From Verrucomicrobiota bacterium (GTDB lineage: Bacteria > Verrucomicrobiota > Lentisphaeria > Lentisphaerales > Lentisphaeraceae), in contig JBDKFG010000021.1 in the NCBI GenBank assembly GCA_039798785.1, positions 10,423 through 74,422 of the forward strand: DNA of 64,000 bases. The letters run 5' to 3'. Below, piece after piece: positions 8,931 through 19,077 of the stretch; the stretch's first letter is position 1; every line of letters begins with the position of its first letter. The notes under the pieces are model-generated. The model was not told the DNA's origin, searched no databases, and saw only the letters and a list, made by a program, of their open reading frames with translations. Both the position numbers and the translations under genes were made by a program.

Positions 8931-10978
8931 ACTTCGATCTCGCGCAGATGCACCGAGCGGTTGACGGAATTGAAATGGATTTCGACATGGAGATAGCGGG
9001 CGCTGGTTCCATCCGGCAGCATGCAGGTCCAAGGCTTGTCCATCTCAGCCGGGGCGTCGGAGTCTTTTGAGGCGAGAAGCCGGCGCGGGCCCGCGGGCGA
9101 ATCAGAAGCCCAGATCCGGAACCGGTAGTAGCGCGGCCCGGGCAGCAGCCAGAGCCGGAGGCGCCCCAAGCTCTCCTTGCGCCCGAGATCGAGCGACAGG
9201 ACCCTTGGGAAGTTCGCCGCCGCCCAGTAATCCTCGATCTCCGTCCGGCCGTTGACGGCAAGGGAGGAAAGTCGCTCGTCATAACCATCCGACCAGACCT
9301 TGCAGCCGAGAGCCAGGTTGCTCGGCTTGAGTTCCTCGAAGATCCGCTCCTGCTCCGTCCGGCCACGCTGCCGGGCGATCTGGCGGGCAAAATTGCAGTC
9401 GGCCCGCAGGCCGACCGGCTGCCGCTCCCTGTCCTCCCGGCCCCGGCGCTCGGCCTGTTTCCAGAGACTCTCCTCGATCTCCGGCCCCAGGTACGAATCG
9501 CGCAGATGCAAGAGAGAGGTCCGCAGAGGGATGCGGATTCCGGCGAGGACGGAGAGGATGGCGCGCGAGGAAGCGGGGTCGTCCTTCACTTGCGCCAGAG
9601 CGCTGTAGAGGGCCTGGATGGAATAGCCGTCGGCCTGCCACCCGATCTCGTAGATGAATGCATTGAAATTCACGGGGCTTCTGTCCCCGAGATAGCGAGC
9701 GAGGGACAAGTCGCGGCTGTTGCCGCGCCGGCACAGCTCCGCGACCGAAGCTTGATCCGCCCCGCGGCGCAGCTTCAGCCGCGCGTTCCAGAGGGGCCAG
9801 CTATCGATCCGCCCAGCCAAGGGTTCGAGCAGGCGGACGTACTCCTCCGCCTGCGACAGGTCACCGTCGAGATAGACCCTCTCCAGCTCCCGCAACAGGA
9901 CTTCGTGATTCTGCATCAGGAGATTGAGGCGGCGCTCCTTCTCCTGCCGCTCGCCTTGCAGAGCCACCTCGAGCTGGCGCTGCCGCCTCTCTTCGTGCCG
10001 GGCATAGACCACGGCCAAACCGAGGAGCAGAAGGAAGATCAGATTGAGCCGGACCACCAGGTTCCGGTGGCGCTGGATCAGCAGCTTCACCTGACGGAGC
10101 AGCCCCGCCTTCTCCACCTCGGGCGCGAAGCCGCCGAGCCAAGCATACCAGTCGTGCAGCAGCGAGGTCGCATCGATGTAATCCGACTGTTTGAGGTTCA
10201 GGCAATTGCCGATGATCGCCTGCAATCCGTGCTCGAGTCCGGCCAGGCGCCTGCCGACGGGCTCCTGCTTGTCGATCGGCCGGCCGCAGAAGAGTTCGAG
10301 GAGCAGGATGCCGAGGGCATGGAGATCAGCCCTCGCCGGGGAATACTCCGCCGAACGCTGGAACTCGGGAGGCGGCATGTACCCCTCCGTCCCGCGGACC
10401 AGGCCGCGGAGATGGGGCGAATCGGCGCTCACCGCCATCTCCCAGTCCGTCACCTTGAGGCGCCCCTGGGGGTTGACACGGATGTTGTCGGGCTTCAGGT
10501 CGAGATGGAAGACGCCTCTTGCGTGGGCGAAGGCGATGACCTCGAGCAGTTGCGTCGCCAGCGGCAGCGCCTGCTCCGGAGCGAGGCCGTCGCGAAGCCG
10601 CTGCAGGAGGGACAGGCCCTCAAGAAACTCCGCCACATAGAAGAGCCGCCCTTCGCGGTCGCGCCCGGCGTCGTAAAGACTGGCGACTCCTTCATGGCGG
10701 AGATCGGAGTAGAGGCGGATCTCCTGGCGGAAGCGGAATTCCGCGTCGGCGTCAGAGCTGCGGCAGAGAAGCAGGGCGGCAGGGCGGTGGCAGAGCAGAT
10801 CCTCCACCTCCCAGCACTCCTTCAAGGCCCCCTCGCCCGCCAGGCGGAGGCGGCGGTAACGGCGGCTCAGGTCCCGGGAATCCTCTTCGGTTCCCGGCCC
10901 CTGGAGGCGTCCGCTCGCCGCCAGGTTCTGCCTGAGGCGGCGAAGGAAGATCTCTTCGTCGTCAGCGTCTTCGTCCAT
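8921..10978 (-). CDS. Membrane Ser/Thr protein kinase with C-terminal discoidin/F5/8-like domain
   Basis: HLDLKPDNI, TDWEMA, GTEGYMPPP, TM segment, C-terminal LSLDLG...RYYRFRI...ARYLHVEI...HLREIEVY; ATG 10978 with GGAGG RBS; overlaps ECF 3' end by 10 bp. Confidence 0.8.
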   Translation of the reverse strand: MDEDADDEEIFLRRLRQNLAASGRLQGPGTEEDSRDLSRRYRRLRLAGEGALKECWEVEDLLCHRPAALLLCRSSDADAEFRFRQEIRLYSDLRHEGVASLYDAGRDREGRLFYVAEFLEGLSLLQRLRDGLAPEQALPLATQLLEVIAFAHARGVFHLDLKPDNIRVNPQGRLKVTDWEMAVSADSPHLRGLVRGTEGYMPPPEFQRSAEYSPARADLHALGILLLELFCGRPIDKQEPVGRRLAGLEHGLQAIIGNCLNLKQSDYIDATSLLHDWYAWLGGFAPEVEKAGLLRQVKLLIQRHRNLVVRLNLIFLLLLGLAVVYARHEERRQRQLEVALQGERQEKERRLNLLMQNHEVLLRELERVYLDGDLSQAEEYVRLLEPLAGRIDSWPLWNARLKLRRGADQASVAELCRRGNSRDLSLARYLGDRSPVNFNAFIYEIGWQADGYSIQALYSALAQVKDDPASSRAILSVLAGIRIPLRTSLLHLRDSYLGPEIEESLWKQAERRGREDRERQPVGLRADCNFARQIARQRGRTEQERIFEELKPSNLALGCKVWSDGYDERLSSLAVNGRTEIEDYWAAANFPRVLSLDLGRKESLGRLRLWLLPGPRYYRFRIWASDSPAGPRRLLASKDSDAPAEMDKPWTCMLPDGTSARYLHVEIHFNSVNRSVHLREIEVYK

Positions 10979-11318
10979 CACGTCCTCCCGGATGCGGCAA
11001 GTATAGACGGCCGCGAAACTTTCGCCTCTCGCCTTTGCCAGCGGCGTCCGGCGCGCTAAAATGCGGCCCCTTCCGAGAGAGCCACGCCGATGAAGTTCCC
11101 GAATCCACCGCCGAGCAGCAGCTTCCCGCTTTCCCGGGATCTCTCCACCTGCCCACTCTGCGGCCAATTCCCGCGGGCCTACCGGGCTCCTTGGCTGTCC
11201 CCAGCCTGGTTCTGGTTCGCCTGCCCCTGCACCAGCACGCCTCCTTCGCGGGTCGACGCCGAGGCCGCGGCCGAGTGGCAGCGCCTCGCCAGCCTCTCGA
11301 CTCCGCCGCTTTTCTGAC

Positions 11319-11723
11319 TCAGCTCCATTGCTTGCGGGCGAGGAACTCGACCAGGCTGCGGTCGCTGTGGCAGATGTGCTCGGTCAGCCACTTGCCGAGA
11401 TAGTCCCGCATCATCCGCGTCGTCGCCTGCTCGTCCTGGGGCGTCTCGCGGGCGAAATCGAGAATCCGCGCCAAATGCCGACGGAACTCCTCGTGCTGGC
11501 GGCAATGCCCTTCGCGCCCAGGATAGCCGCTGCAGCGCATGAACTCCTCCTCGACGGTGAAATGCGAACGGACGTATTCCTGCAGACGCTCCAGGATCTC
11601 GTGCACCGGCTGCCCCGGATGATTGAGACGGTTGATCAGGCGGATCAGCTCCTCATGCTCGGCGTCGACCAAGGCGTTGCCGAGACGGTAGCGGGCCGGA
11701 TCGAGATCGGCGGGATGTTCCAT
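11319..11723 (-). CDS. Bacteriohemerythrin
   Basis: VDAEHEELI, HFTVEEEFM, HCRQHEEF, WLTEHICHSD di-iron ligands. Confidence 0.9.
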   Translation of the reverse strand: MEHPADLDPARYRLGNALVDAEHEELIRLINRLNHPGQPVHEILERLQEYVRSHFTVEEEFMRCSGYPGREGHCRQHEEFRRHLARILDFARETPQDEQATTRMMRDYLGKWLTEHICHSDRSLVEFLARKQWS

Positions 11724-11905
11724 GGACTTTCCTCGGGCTTCAGGGGTTGAGCAAAATCTCCTGCAGACTAGTATAGCCCCGTTGCGAAGAAGAAAGCAAG
11801 CTCCCTCCTTGCGGCCGAGAGATTCCCCCGCCGGAAGCAGGCGGCGGCGGCGAATCCGGCTACATTCCCCGCCTCACCACCAACCTTCAGCGGCAGCTAC
11901 GCACC

Positions 11906-12781
11906 ATGCACGACTTCCTCCTCCGCGGCCTGATCCCAGAGATCGCCGTCCGATTCACCTGCGCCGACGTCGGCGCCCTCTGCAACGAAATCCTGATCAA
12001 GCACGACTGCGACCCTCTCAGCGGCTACATCCTCTGTCGCGGCCTCGCCGCCGGGGCCCTCGAGATCCCCCTCCTCGACCCGGGCGAACGCTGCAGCGTC
12101 ACCTGGAACTACCCGGGACCGATCCGCCGCATCGTCGTCGACTTCAGCGCCACGGGCGAACTGCGCGGCTACACCGGCGCCAAGGAGCTGGTCGGCAAGG
12201 TCGCCAGCATCGCCCAGGCCTACGGCGAGGATGACGGCCAGCTCAGCGTCGTCCGCAGCCGCGAGGAACGCCAGGTCGGCTCCTCGCTCTGCGCCGGCAA
12301 GCTGCTGGAAGTGGCCGACGACCTCGCCTACTTCCACTCGGTGTCGGAACAGATCGAGACCGACATCTGCGTCGCCCTCCGCTTCAACCCCGACCCCAAC
12401 TATCCGGTCAGCCTCTGCCGCGGCATCCTCCTCCAGGCCCTCCCTGGCTGCGACCACGAAAAGCTCGGCCTCCTGCGCGACGCCCTCCGCCGTCCCGAAG
12501 CCCAGGCCATCCTCGAGGAGAAGGGCGACGGCGACGAGTCCCGCTTCGAACGCCTCCTCCATCTCCTTCTCAGCACCTGTACCGGCACCAGCTACCAGCT
12601 CTTCCCCGCCGCGCAGCCCCGCTTCCAGTGCCGCTGCTCGGAAAGCAAGACCCTCGACATGCTCGCCTGCCTGCCCCCCGAGGAGATCGCCGCCATCAAG
12701 GCCGAAGGCAAGCCCCTCCGCATCTCCTGCGCCTTCTGCTCCCACACCTACAGCATCGCCCCGGAGCGCCTCCGCGGATGA
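11906..12781 (+). CDS. hslO: Hsp33 redox-regulated chaperone
   Basis: GPIRRIVVD..GELRGY, YFHSVSEQIET, GILLQALPG, C-terminal CRCS...CAFC zinc motif. Confidence 0.85.
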   Translation: MHDFLLRGLIPEIAVRFTCADVGALCNEILIKHDCDPLSGYILCRGLAAGALEIPLLDPGERCSVTWNYPGPIRRIVVDFSATGELRGYTGAKELVGKVASIAQAYGEDDGQLSVVRSREERQVGSSLCAGKLLEVADDLAYFHSVSEQIETDICVALRFNPDPNYPVSLCRGILLQALPGCDHEKLGLLRDALRRPEAQAILEEKGDGDESRFERLLHLLLSTCTGTSYQLFPAAQPRFQCRCSESKTLDMLACLPPEEIAAIKAEGKPLRISCAFCSHTYSIAPERLRG

Positions 12782-13362
12782 GCCGCTGGCGCTGGGGCGA
12801 AGCCTGGGCCGAACACTTCCCCGGCCGCTTCGCCCAGCTCGACTACGCCAGCTTCACAGCGGCGACGGAGTGGGAACAGGGAAGCTTCCGCATCTTCGGC
12901 AAAGAGACGCCCATGCCCCGGCTCAGCGCCTGGTTCGCCCGCGACGGACTCAGCTACCGCTACTCCGGCCAGCAACACCGCACCCAAGCCTGGGAAGGCC
13001 CCCTCGCCAGCCTCGGCGCCGAGCTCGGCAGCCTCTGCGGCGCCGAGTTCAACTCCTGCCTCGCCAACCTCTACCGCGACGGCCGCGACTCGATGGGCTG
13101 GCACGCCGACGACGAGAAATCCCTCGGCCCCGCCCCGCTCATAGCCTCGATCAGCCTCGGCGCCAGCCGCCGCTTCCAGCTGCGCGAACGCAACACCCGG
13201 ACGAAAATGCTCGAACTCGAACTCGCCCACGGCGACCTGCTGCTGATGGGCGGCAACCTGCAGCAGATGACACAGCACCGCATCCCCCGCCAGCCACGAA
13301 TCGCCCAACCTCGCCTCAACCTCACCTACCGGCACATCCTAGCCGGCAAGACCAGCACCTGA
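12778..13362 (+). CDS. AlkB-family 2OG-Fe(II) dioxygenase
   Basis: MPRLSAW, FNSCLANLYRDGRDSMGWHADDE, QHRIP, RLNLTYR; ATGA overlap with hslO. Confidence 0.9.
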   Translation: MSRWRWGEAWAEHFPGRFAQLDYASFTAATEWEQGSFRIFGKETPMPRLSAWFARDGLSYRYSGQQHRTQAWEGPLASLGAELGSLCGAEFNSCLANLYRDGRDSMGWHADDEKSLGPAPLIASISLGASRRFQLRERNTRTKMLELELAHGDLLLMGGNLQQMTQHRIPRQPRIAQPRLNLTYRHILAGKTST

Positions 13363-13560
13363 GCTCATGGAGGGTTCACGCTTCACAGGATATCGAGTTC
13401 AAGAATTGAGCTGCTTGATAATCTCGAGAGTCACGAGTTGATAATGGAGAAGACGAAAAATCGCCGGGAGATTGCCGCCCTGGCCTAGAGCCAGCCGAGA
13501 ACGAACACAGCGGCAGGAGACTGCCGCGCTCCCTGGAAACAAGGGGCCACGGAGCCCCCC

Positions 13561-13598
13561 CCCTTAAAAGCCCCAAAACCCCTAAAACCCCTGAAAAG
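13561..13598. repeat. Short ~9-mer tandem array (CCCTAAAAC-like), preceded by a REP-like hairpin at ~13510-13533
   Basis: CCCTTAAAAG CCCCAAAAC CCCTAAAAC CCCTGAAAAG; a similar unit CCTAAAACC recurs at 62525; hairpin GCGGCAG-GAGA-CTGCCGC. Confidence 0.5.
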
Positions 13599-13675
13599 AC
13601 TGATTGCATGCGGCGGCGAGCGTCTTAAAGTGGGCAGCGACATTCGGACCTTAGAAAATCCACGGAGTTCAGGAC

Positions 13676-14563
13676 ATGGCGAAAATCATCGACGGCAAGG
13701 CGATCGCGGCGGAAGTGATCTCGGAATTGAAGGCGGAAACCGCTAGACTCGCCAGCCATGGCGTCGTCCCGGGGCTTGCCGTCGTACTCGTCGGCGACGA
13801 TCCCGCATCGCAAGTCTACGTCGCCAGCAAGGAGAAGACGGCCCGCGAACTCGGCTTCCGCTCCGACAAGATCGTCCTCGCCAAGGACGCCACCCAGGCC
13901 GAGCTGATGCGCGTCGTCGAAGATCTCAACAACGACCCCGGCATACACGGCATCCTGGTGCAGAGCCCCCCTCCCCCGCAGATCAACGAAGAAGCCGTCA
14001 TCCTCGCCATCGACCCCGCCAAGGACGTCGACTGCTTCCATCCCTTCAACGTCGGCAAGATGCTCACCGGCGCCCACGACGGCTTCCACCCCTGCACCCC
14101 CGCCGGCGTCATGGTCCTCCTCGAACGCTCCGGCATCGACACCGCCGGCAAACACGCCGTCGTCATCGGCCGCTCCAACATCGTCGGCAAGCCGATGGCC
14201 GCCCTGCTGATGCAGAAGGGCAAGAACGCCGACGCCACCGTCACCATCGTCCACTCGCGCACCAAAAACCTAGCCGAACACGTCGCCCGCGCCGACATCG
14301 TCGTCGCCGCCATCGGCAAGCCGGAATTTGTCCGCGGCGACATGATCAAGGAAGGCGCCGTCGTGATCGACGTCGGCATCAACCGCATCGCCGACGCCAC
14401 GACCAAATCGGGCACCCGCCTGGTCGGCGACTGCGCCTACGCCGAATGCGCCGCCAAGGCGAGCGCCATCACCCCCGTGCCCGGCGGCGTCGGCCCGATG
14501 ACCATCGCCATGCTGATGCGCAACACCCTCACCGCCTGCCGCCGCGCCCACGGCCTGGCCTGA
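13676..14563 (+). CDS. folD: Methylenetetrahydrofolate dehydrogenase/cyclohydrolase
   Basis: [47 protein letters not shown]. Confidence 0.97.
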   Translation: MAKIIDGKAIAAEVISELKAETARLASHGVVPGLAVVLVGDDPASQVYVASKEKTARELGFRSDKIVLAKDATQAELMRVVEDLNNDPGIHGILVQSPPPPQINEEAVILAIDPAKDVDCFHPFNVGKMLTGAHDGFHPCTPAGVMVLLERSGIDTAGKHAVVIGRSNIVGKPMAALLMQKGKNADATVTIVHSRTKNLAEHVARADIVVAAIGKPEFVRGDMIKEGAVVIDVGINRIADATTKSGTRLVGDCAYAECAAKASAITPVPGGVGPMTIAMLMRNTLTACRRAHGLA

Positions 14564-14567
14564 GAAG

Positions 14568-14706
14568 AGGTTGAAAAGTTGAAAGGTTCAAAGGCGAGCT
14601 CATGAACGGCATCCAGCCACATCCTGCGCCACGATCCTCCCTCCCGAATCTGACCTGCCTCTTCGCCCCTGCCGCCTCTCCTTTCAACCGTCCAACCTTT
14701 CAACCT
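14568..14706. repeat. Inverted octamer arrays, no cargo gene
   Basis: AGGTTGAAA AGTTGAAA GGTTCAAA GG (14568-14594) ... CC TTTCAACC GTCCAACC TTTCAACCT (14680-14706). Confidence 0.8.
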
Positions 14707-14718
14707 CGGTCATAGCTC

Positions 14719-16104
14719 ATGAGCCACTCCGGCATCGACCCCAACGCCACCGCCGTCGTCCGCGCCCTCCGTCAGGCCGGCTACGAGACCTACATCGTCG
14801 GCGGCGCCGTGCGCGACCTCCTCACCGGAATGAAGCCGAAGGACTTCGACATCTCGACGATGGCGACGCCGGAAGAGGTGAAGCGGATCTTCGGCCGCAG
14901 CGCCCAGATCATCGGCCGCCGCTTCAAGATCGTCCACGTCCACAAAGGCCGCCACGTCTACGAAGTCAGCACCTTCCGCCGCACCCCCACCGCCGATGAA
15001 CGCAAACAGCGCGACAACGACGACGGCGTCATGGTCTGGTCGGACAACTGCTGGGGTTCGCCGCGGGAAGACGCCTGGCGCCGCGACTTCACCGTCAACG
15101 CCCTCTTCCTCGATCCCCTCGACGACGACTGCATCATCGATTTCTGCCAGGGACGCCAGGACGTCGAGGCCGGCATCGTCCGCAGCCTCGGGGACCCGAT
15201 GGTGCGCTTCGGCGAAGACCCGGTGCGGATGCTGCGCGCCCTGAAGCTGGTGGCGCAGCACGAATTCCGCCTGAACGACGACGTCGCCGCGGCGATCCGC
15301 GACCTCGCACCCCTTCTCGCCCAGGTGTCGCAGCGCCGCCTCTACGAGGAGATCCTCAAGCTCACCCACAAGCCCTACCTGTCGCGCATGCTCGAGCTCT
15401 GCGACGAATATGGCCTGCTCGAACATCTCCTGCCCCGCGCCGCCAAGCTCTTCAACGACGAGGACGAACGCGACGCGGTGCTGCACCTGCTCACTCTTCG
15501 CGATGAACGCATCGAGCACGGCGCCAGCCTGTCGCGCGCCTATTCCCTTGCCGCTCTCTGCTACCGATGGGTCGAAATCCGCCTCAATCACGGCTCGAAG
15601 TTCGGCGACGGCTGGGATTCCTATGCCGGCCATGATCATGACATCCGCGATGCGGTGGAGGAGTTCATGGCTCCCCACAACGTCACCCGCCTGATCGCGG
15701 CGCGGGTCCGCGACACCCTCATCCTGGTGCAGCGCATCCGCCACGGCGGCAAGGCTCTCAAGCGCCTCCAGCGCCACCCCGACTGGCGCTACGCCGTCCT
15801 CCTCTACGAAACCCTCGCCGACATCTTCGACTGGCCGGAAGTGCCGATCCATGAAGGCGGCCACAGCTTCCATCACCGCGACGACGGGGACGCCCTGGAC
15901 GACGAAGACGACGAGCACGCCGGCAACGACGACGAAGAGGACGACGAAGACGACAAGGACGAAGAGGACGCCGACGAGAGCGCCCCCCCCGCTCCGGGCG
16001 CAATCAGCGGCGAAACCCAGTCGGGCAAACCCAAGCGCAAGCGCCGCCGACGCCGCAAGAAGAAGAAATCCACGGGAGACACCGCCCCCGGAGGTGAAGC
16101 GTGA
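14719..16104 (+). CDS. pcnB: Poly(A) polymerase I
   Basis: YIVGGAVRD..KDFD, PAP-type IIGRRFKIVHV motif, RRDFTVNA, EDPVRMLRA; acidic then basic C-terminal tail. Confidence 0.9.
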   Translation: MSHSGIDPNATAVVRALRQAGYETYIVGGAVRDLLTGMKPKDFDISTMATPEEVKRIFGRSAQIIGRRFKIVHVHKGRHVYEVSTFRRTPTADERKQRDNDDGVMVWSDNCWGSPREDAWRRDFTVNALFLDPLDDDCIIDFCQGRQDVEAGIVRSLGDPMVRFGEDPVRMLRALKLVAQHEFRLNDDVAAAIRDLAPLLAQVSQRRLYEEILKLTHKPYLSRMLELCDEYGLLEHLLPRAAKLFNDEDERDAVLHLLTLRDERIEHGASLSRAYSLAALCYRWVEIRLNHGSKFGDGWDSYAGHDHDIRDAVEEFMAPHNVTRLIAARVRDTLILVQRIRHGGKALKRLQRHPDWRYAVLLYETLADIFDWPEVPIHEGGHSFHHRDDGDALDDEDDEHAGNDDEEDDEDDKDEEDADESAPPAPGAISGETQSGKPKRKRRRRRKKKKSTGDTAPGGEA

Positions 16105-17144
16105 TCCGCAGCCTGTTCAAATTGATCGTCATCCTCCTGCCTCTCAGCTTGGCGGTCTATGCCGCCGGCCGTTACAGCGAAGAACGCAACAACGCCCGCC
16201 TGATGGCTCAGCCAAAACAGGTCGAAGAGCGGGCCAAAATCGCCGAAAAGACCGAGCTCCCCGAAGCCAAGCCCAAGCCCCAGGAGCCTGTGCGGGCCAT
16301 CGCCCTGGTCAACGAACTCGCCTTCGCCAGAATCCCCGGCGCCGCGCAACCCAATGTCAGCAGGGTCCGGAGCGGCGTCGCCATCGACCTGGTCAAACGC
16401 CGCGTCCTCTGGGCCAAAAACGCCGACGCCGTGGCGCCGGTGGCTTCTCTGTCGAAGATGCTGACCACTCTGATCGGTCTCGAAGCTTGCGCCGAAGGCG
16501 GCAAGCTCAAGCTCAGCTCGATGATCCCGATCAGCGCCGCCGCACGCGGCACCGAGGACAGCAGCTTCCTGCGCAAATATCCGAACAAGACGGTCAGCAT
16601 GGAAGAACTGATGCTCTCCGCCATGGTCCACTCTTGCAATGATTCCTGCGTATCGATCGCCGAGGCGATCGACGGCGATGTCGCCCGCTTCGCCAAGCGC
16701 ATGAACGAACGCGCCAAGAACCTCGGCATCAAGATCGGCCCCAATGCCGCCAACTTCTACAACGCCAATGGACTGCCGCTGCGCCGCGAGGGAGTCGAAG
16801 TGGCCCAGAACTCCTGCAGCGTCAACGACCTCTTCCGGGTGACGATGGAGCTTCACAAGCATCCGAAGGTCTTCTCATGGACCCGCAAGCCGGAATGGCG
16901 GGTGCCTGCCGGCGCCAAGAACGGCGTCCTGGTGACCAACACCAACCCCTTGGTCGGCCAAGAGGGCGTCATCGGCCTGAAGACCGGCTTCACCTACGCC
17001 GCCGGCTGGTGCATCTGCTGCGTCTACAACAGCGGCGGCACCCACGTCGCCGTCATCGTCACCGGCTGCCCGAGCAAAGCCGCCCGCAACAGCGCCGCCG
17101 CCGAAGTCCTCTCCTGGTCGAAAAAGGCGGCGAAACAGCCGTGA
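16101..17144 (+). CDS. D-alanyl-D-alanine carboxypeptidase (peptidase S11)
   Basis: ASLSK (SxxK), SCN (SxN), KTG motifs; N-terminal anchor; GTGA overlap with pcnB. Confidence 0.9.
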   Translation: MIRSLFKLIVILLPLSLAVYAAGRYSEERNNARLMAQPKQVEERAKIAEKTELPEAKPKPQEPVRAIALVNELAFARIPGAAQPNVSRVRSGVAIDLVKRRVLWAKNADAVAPVASLSKMLTTLIGLEACAEGGKLKLSSMIPISAAARGTEDSSFLRKYPNKTVSMEELMLSAMVHSCNDSCVSIAEAIDGDVARFAKRMNERAKNLGIKIGPNAANFYNANGLPLRREGVEVAQNSCSVNDLFRVTMELHKHPKVFSWTRKPEWRVPAGAKNGVLVTNTNPLVGQEGVIGLKTGFTYAAGWCICCVYNSGGTHVAVIVTGCPSKAARNSAAAEVLSWSKKAAKQP

Positions 17145-17269
17145 GGCCGGCTCTTTCGCTCAAGGGGCTTACCGTCAAAGGATCCCAGCAAGTCGGGACT
17201 TCATTGACGTGATTGACCGGGTTGACACTATGGAAAGCGGACGTCCATGAAAGCCTCCTCTTTACTTAA

Positions 17270-17659
17270 TTAATCCACATGCTGCCGGCAATGCCCTATC
17301 CGCGATTCTATTTCATCCATCACTTGATTCCAGAAGATCCGCATGCAGCGAGCGGAACAAAAATACACCCGACCCTGACCTCGCGGTACATCCGCGAGAA
17401 TGTTGATATTCAAGAACTCGTGATCATCGGCTTGGCGCAGCCCAAATGCACTGTACCAAGATACCGAAAGCGAATTCCGTAAATCCGTGACGTCGCTTGT
17501 CGCCAATTCGAGGCAAATCGATTCTTGTCGTTGGATCTCTTGTTGCAAGCCGCATTGATAACAAGCACAGTCTTGCGGGTAATCCCCGTGCTTACAACTA
17601 GTCGTTAGTGGCAAATTCATCTTGGGAATCTTGGGCCAGTGCGCATGCGTCACCTTCAA
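17270..17659 (-). CDS. Hypothetical Cys-rich protein (low GC)
   Basis: ORF overlapping the hom stop; CACYQC and YFCSARC motifs; alternative ATG at 17620. Confidence 0.45.
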   Translation of the reverse strand: MKVTHAHWPKIPKMNLPLTTSCKHGDYPQDCACYQCGLQQEIQRQESICLELATSDVTDLRNSLSVSWYSAFGLRQADDHEFLNINILADVPRGQGRVYFCSARCMRIFWNQVMDEIESRIGHCRQHVD

Positions 17660-18957
17660 TCCAGATCATCCAGCCGATAGATGGTGACCTTGCCGTCGGT
17701 GACCGAGAGGCGCTCGATCGCTTCCCGGGCGGCTTCGATCTGGGCCCGGCTGGCCTTGTGGGTGAGGATCATCGTCGGGATGGCGCCGTCGGCGCCGGGC
17801 TTGTGCGAGATCGAGCTGATGCTGACGCCGGAGTCGCCGATGGCACCGCAGACGTGGGCGAGGGTCTTGGGGGTGTCGAGCACCGAGAAGCGGATGTACC
17901 AGCGGGAGAAGGCTTCGCTGTGCGGAGCGAGGCCGGTGCAGCCGTTGAAGCGGGTGAAGCCGGATTGCCAGGCAAGCGTGCCGGAGGACAAGGCCCAGCC
18001 GGCCTCGAGCAGGTCGGCGAGGACCGCCGAGGCGGTGGCATCGCGTCCCGCGCCCTGGCCGTAGAACATGGTGTCGCCGACGACGTCGCCGCAGATCTTG
18101 ATGCCGTTGTAGGCGTTCATGGTGGTGCCGATGGGCGAGTCTTCGGGGACGAGGGTAGGCTCGACCGCGATGTTGACCCGTCCCTGGCTGTCCTTGCGGA
18201 TGTTGGCAAGGAGCTTGATGCGGTAGCCGGATTGCGCGGCGAATTCCATGTCGGTGACGGCCATGTCGCGGATGCCGCGGGTGTAGACGAGGTCGGAGTG
18301 GAACCAGTTGCCGTAGGCGAGGGAGGCGAGGATGGCGGCCTTGTGCGAGGCGTCGCCGCCGTCGACGTCGAGGGTCGGGTCGGCTTCGGCGTAGCCCATT
18401 TCCTGGGCCTTGGCCAAGGCGGTGGCGAAGCTGGCGCCCTTGCCCATTTGCGACAGGATGTAGTTGCTGGTGCCGTTGAGGATGGCGCGGATGGAAAGGA
18501 TGTCGTTGCCGGCGAGGCCTTCGCGGAGGACCTTGAGGATGGGGATGCCGCCGGCGACCGAGGCTTCATAGAAGACGCCGGCGTGGCTGCTGGACGCGGC
18601 GGCGAAGATCTCGCTGCCGAACTCGCAGATCAGCGCCTTGTTGGCGGTGACCACAGGCTTGCCGAGACGCAGGGCTTCCATCACCACTTCGCGGGCGACG
18701 CTGGTGCCGCCAATGAGTTCGACGACGATGTCGACCTTGGGATTGCGGACCACGGCCATCGGATCGGTGCCGATCTCGACTCCTTCCAGATTGCAATCGC
18801 GCTTGGCATCGAGGCGGCGGACCGCGGCGGCGACGGGAGTGAGCTTGAGACCGCTGCGCGAGCTGATCAGGCCGCCGTTCTTGCGCAGAGCGTCGACGAC
18901 GCCCGAAGCGACGGTGCCCATGCCGATGAAGCCGAGGCGGTATTCCTTGATGTCCAT
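17656..18957 (-). CDS. hom: Homoserine dehydrogenase with ACT domain
   Basis: GMGTVA, VVTANKA, YEASVAGGIP, ILNGTSNYIL, GYAEADP..DVDG; start re-assigned to ATG 18957. Confidence 0.95.
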   Translation of the reverse strand: MDIKEYRLGFIGMGTVASGVVDALRKNGGLISSRSGLKLTPVAAAVRRLDAKRDCNLEGVEIGTDPMAVVRNPKVDIVVELIGGTSVAREVVMEALRLGKPVVTANKALICEFGSEIFAAASSSHAGVFYEASVAGGIPILKVLREGLAGNDILSIRAILNGTSNYILSQMGKGASFATALAKAQEMGYAEADPTLDVDGGDASHKAAILASLAYGNWFHSDLVYTRGIRDMAVTDMEFAAQSGYRIKLLANIRKDSQGRVNIAVEPTLVPEDSPIGTTMNAYNGIKICGDVVGDTMFYGQGAGRDATASAVLADLLEAGWALSSGTLAWQSGFTRFNGCTGLAPHSEAFSRWYIRFSVLDTPKTLAHVCGAIGDSGVSISSISHKPGADGAIPTMILTHKASRAQIEAAREAIERLSVTDGKVTIYRLDDLD

Positions 18958-19077
18958 GAGGGATTTCCTTAGATTTTGAAGAGAGGCCGACAATGAAGCA
19001 GCCGCGGCGAAAATTGCCGCTGCCGTTGACAGACTTTAAGACAATCCGGAAAGACAGCAGCATTCCTGCGTCTTGAA

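Noticed and set aside
11179..11328. 49-aa ORF faintly resembling the SUI1/YciH C-terminus (GGVLVQG)
   Set aside because: Too short, and the conserved N-terminal GRKGK.VT region is absent
13367..13490. Lower-GC stretch after the AlkB-family gene with short open frames
   Set aside because: No convincing start or recognisable protein motif
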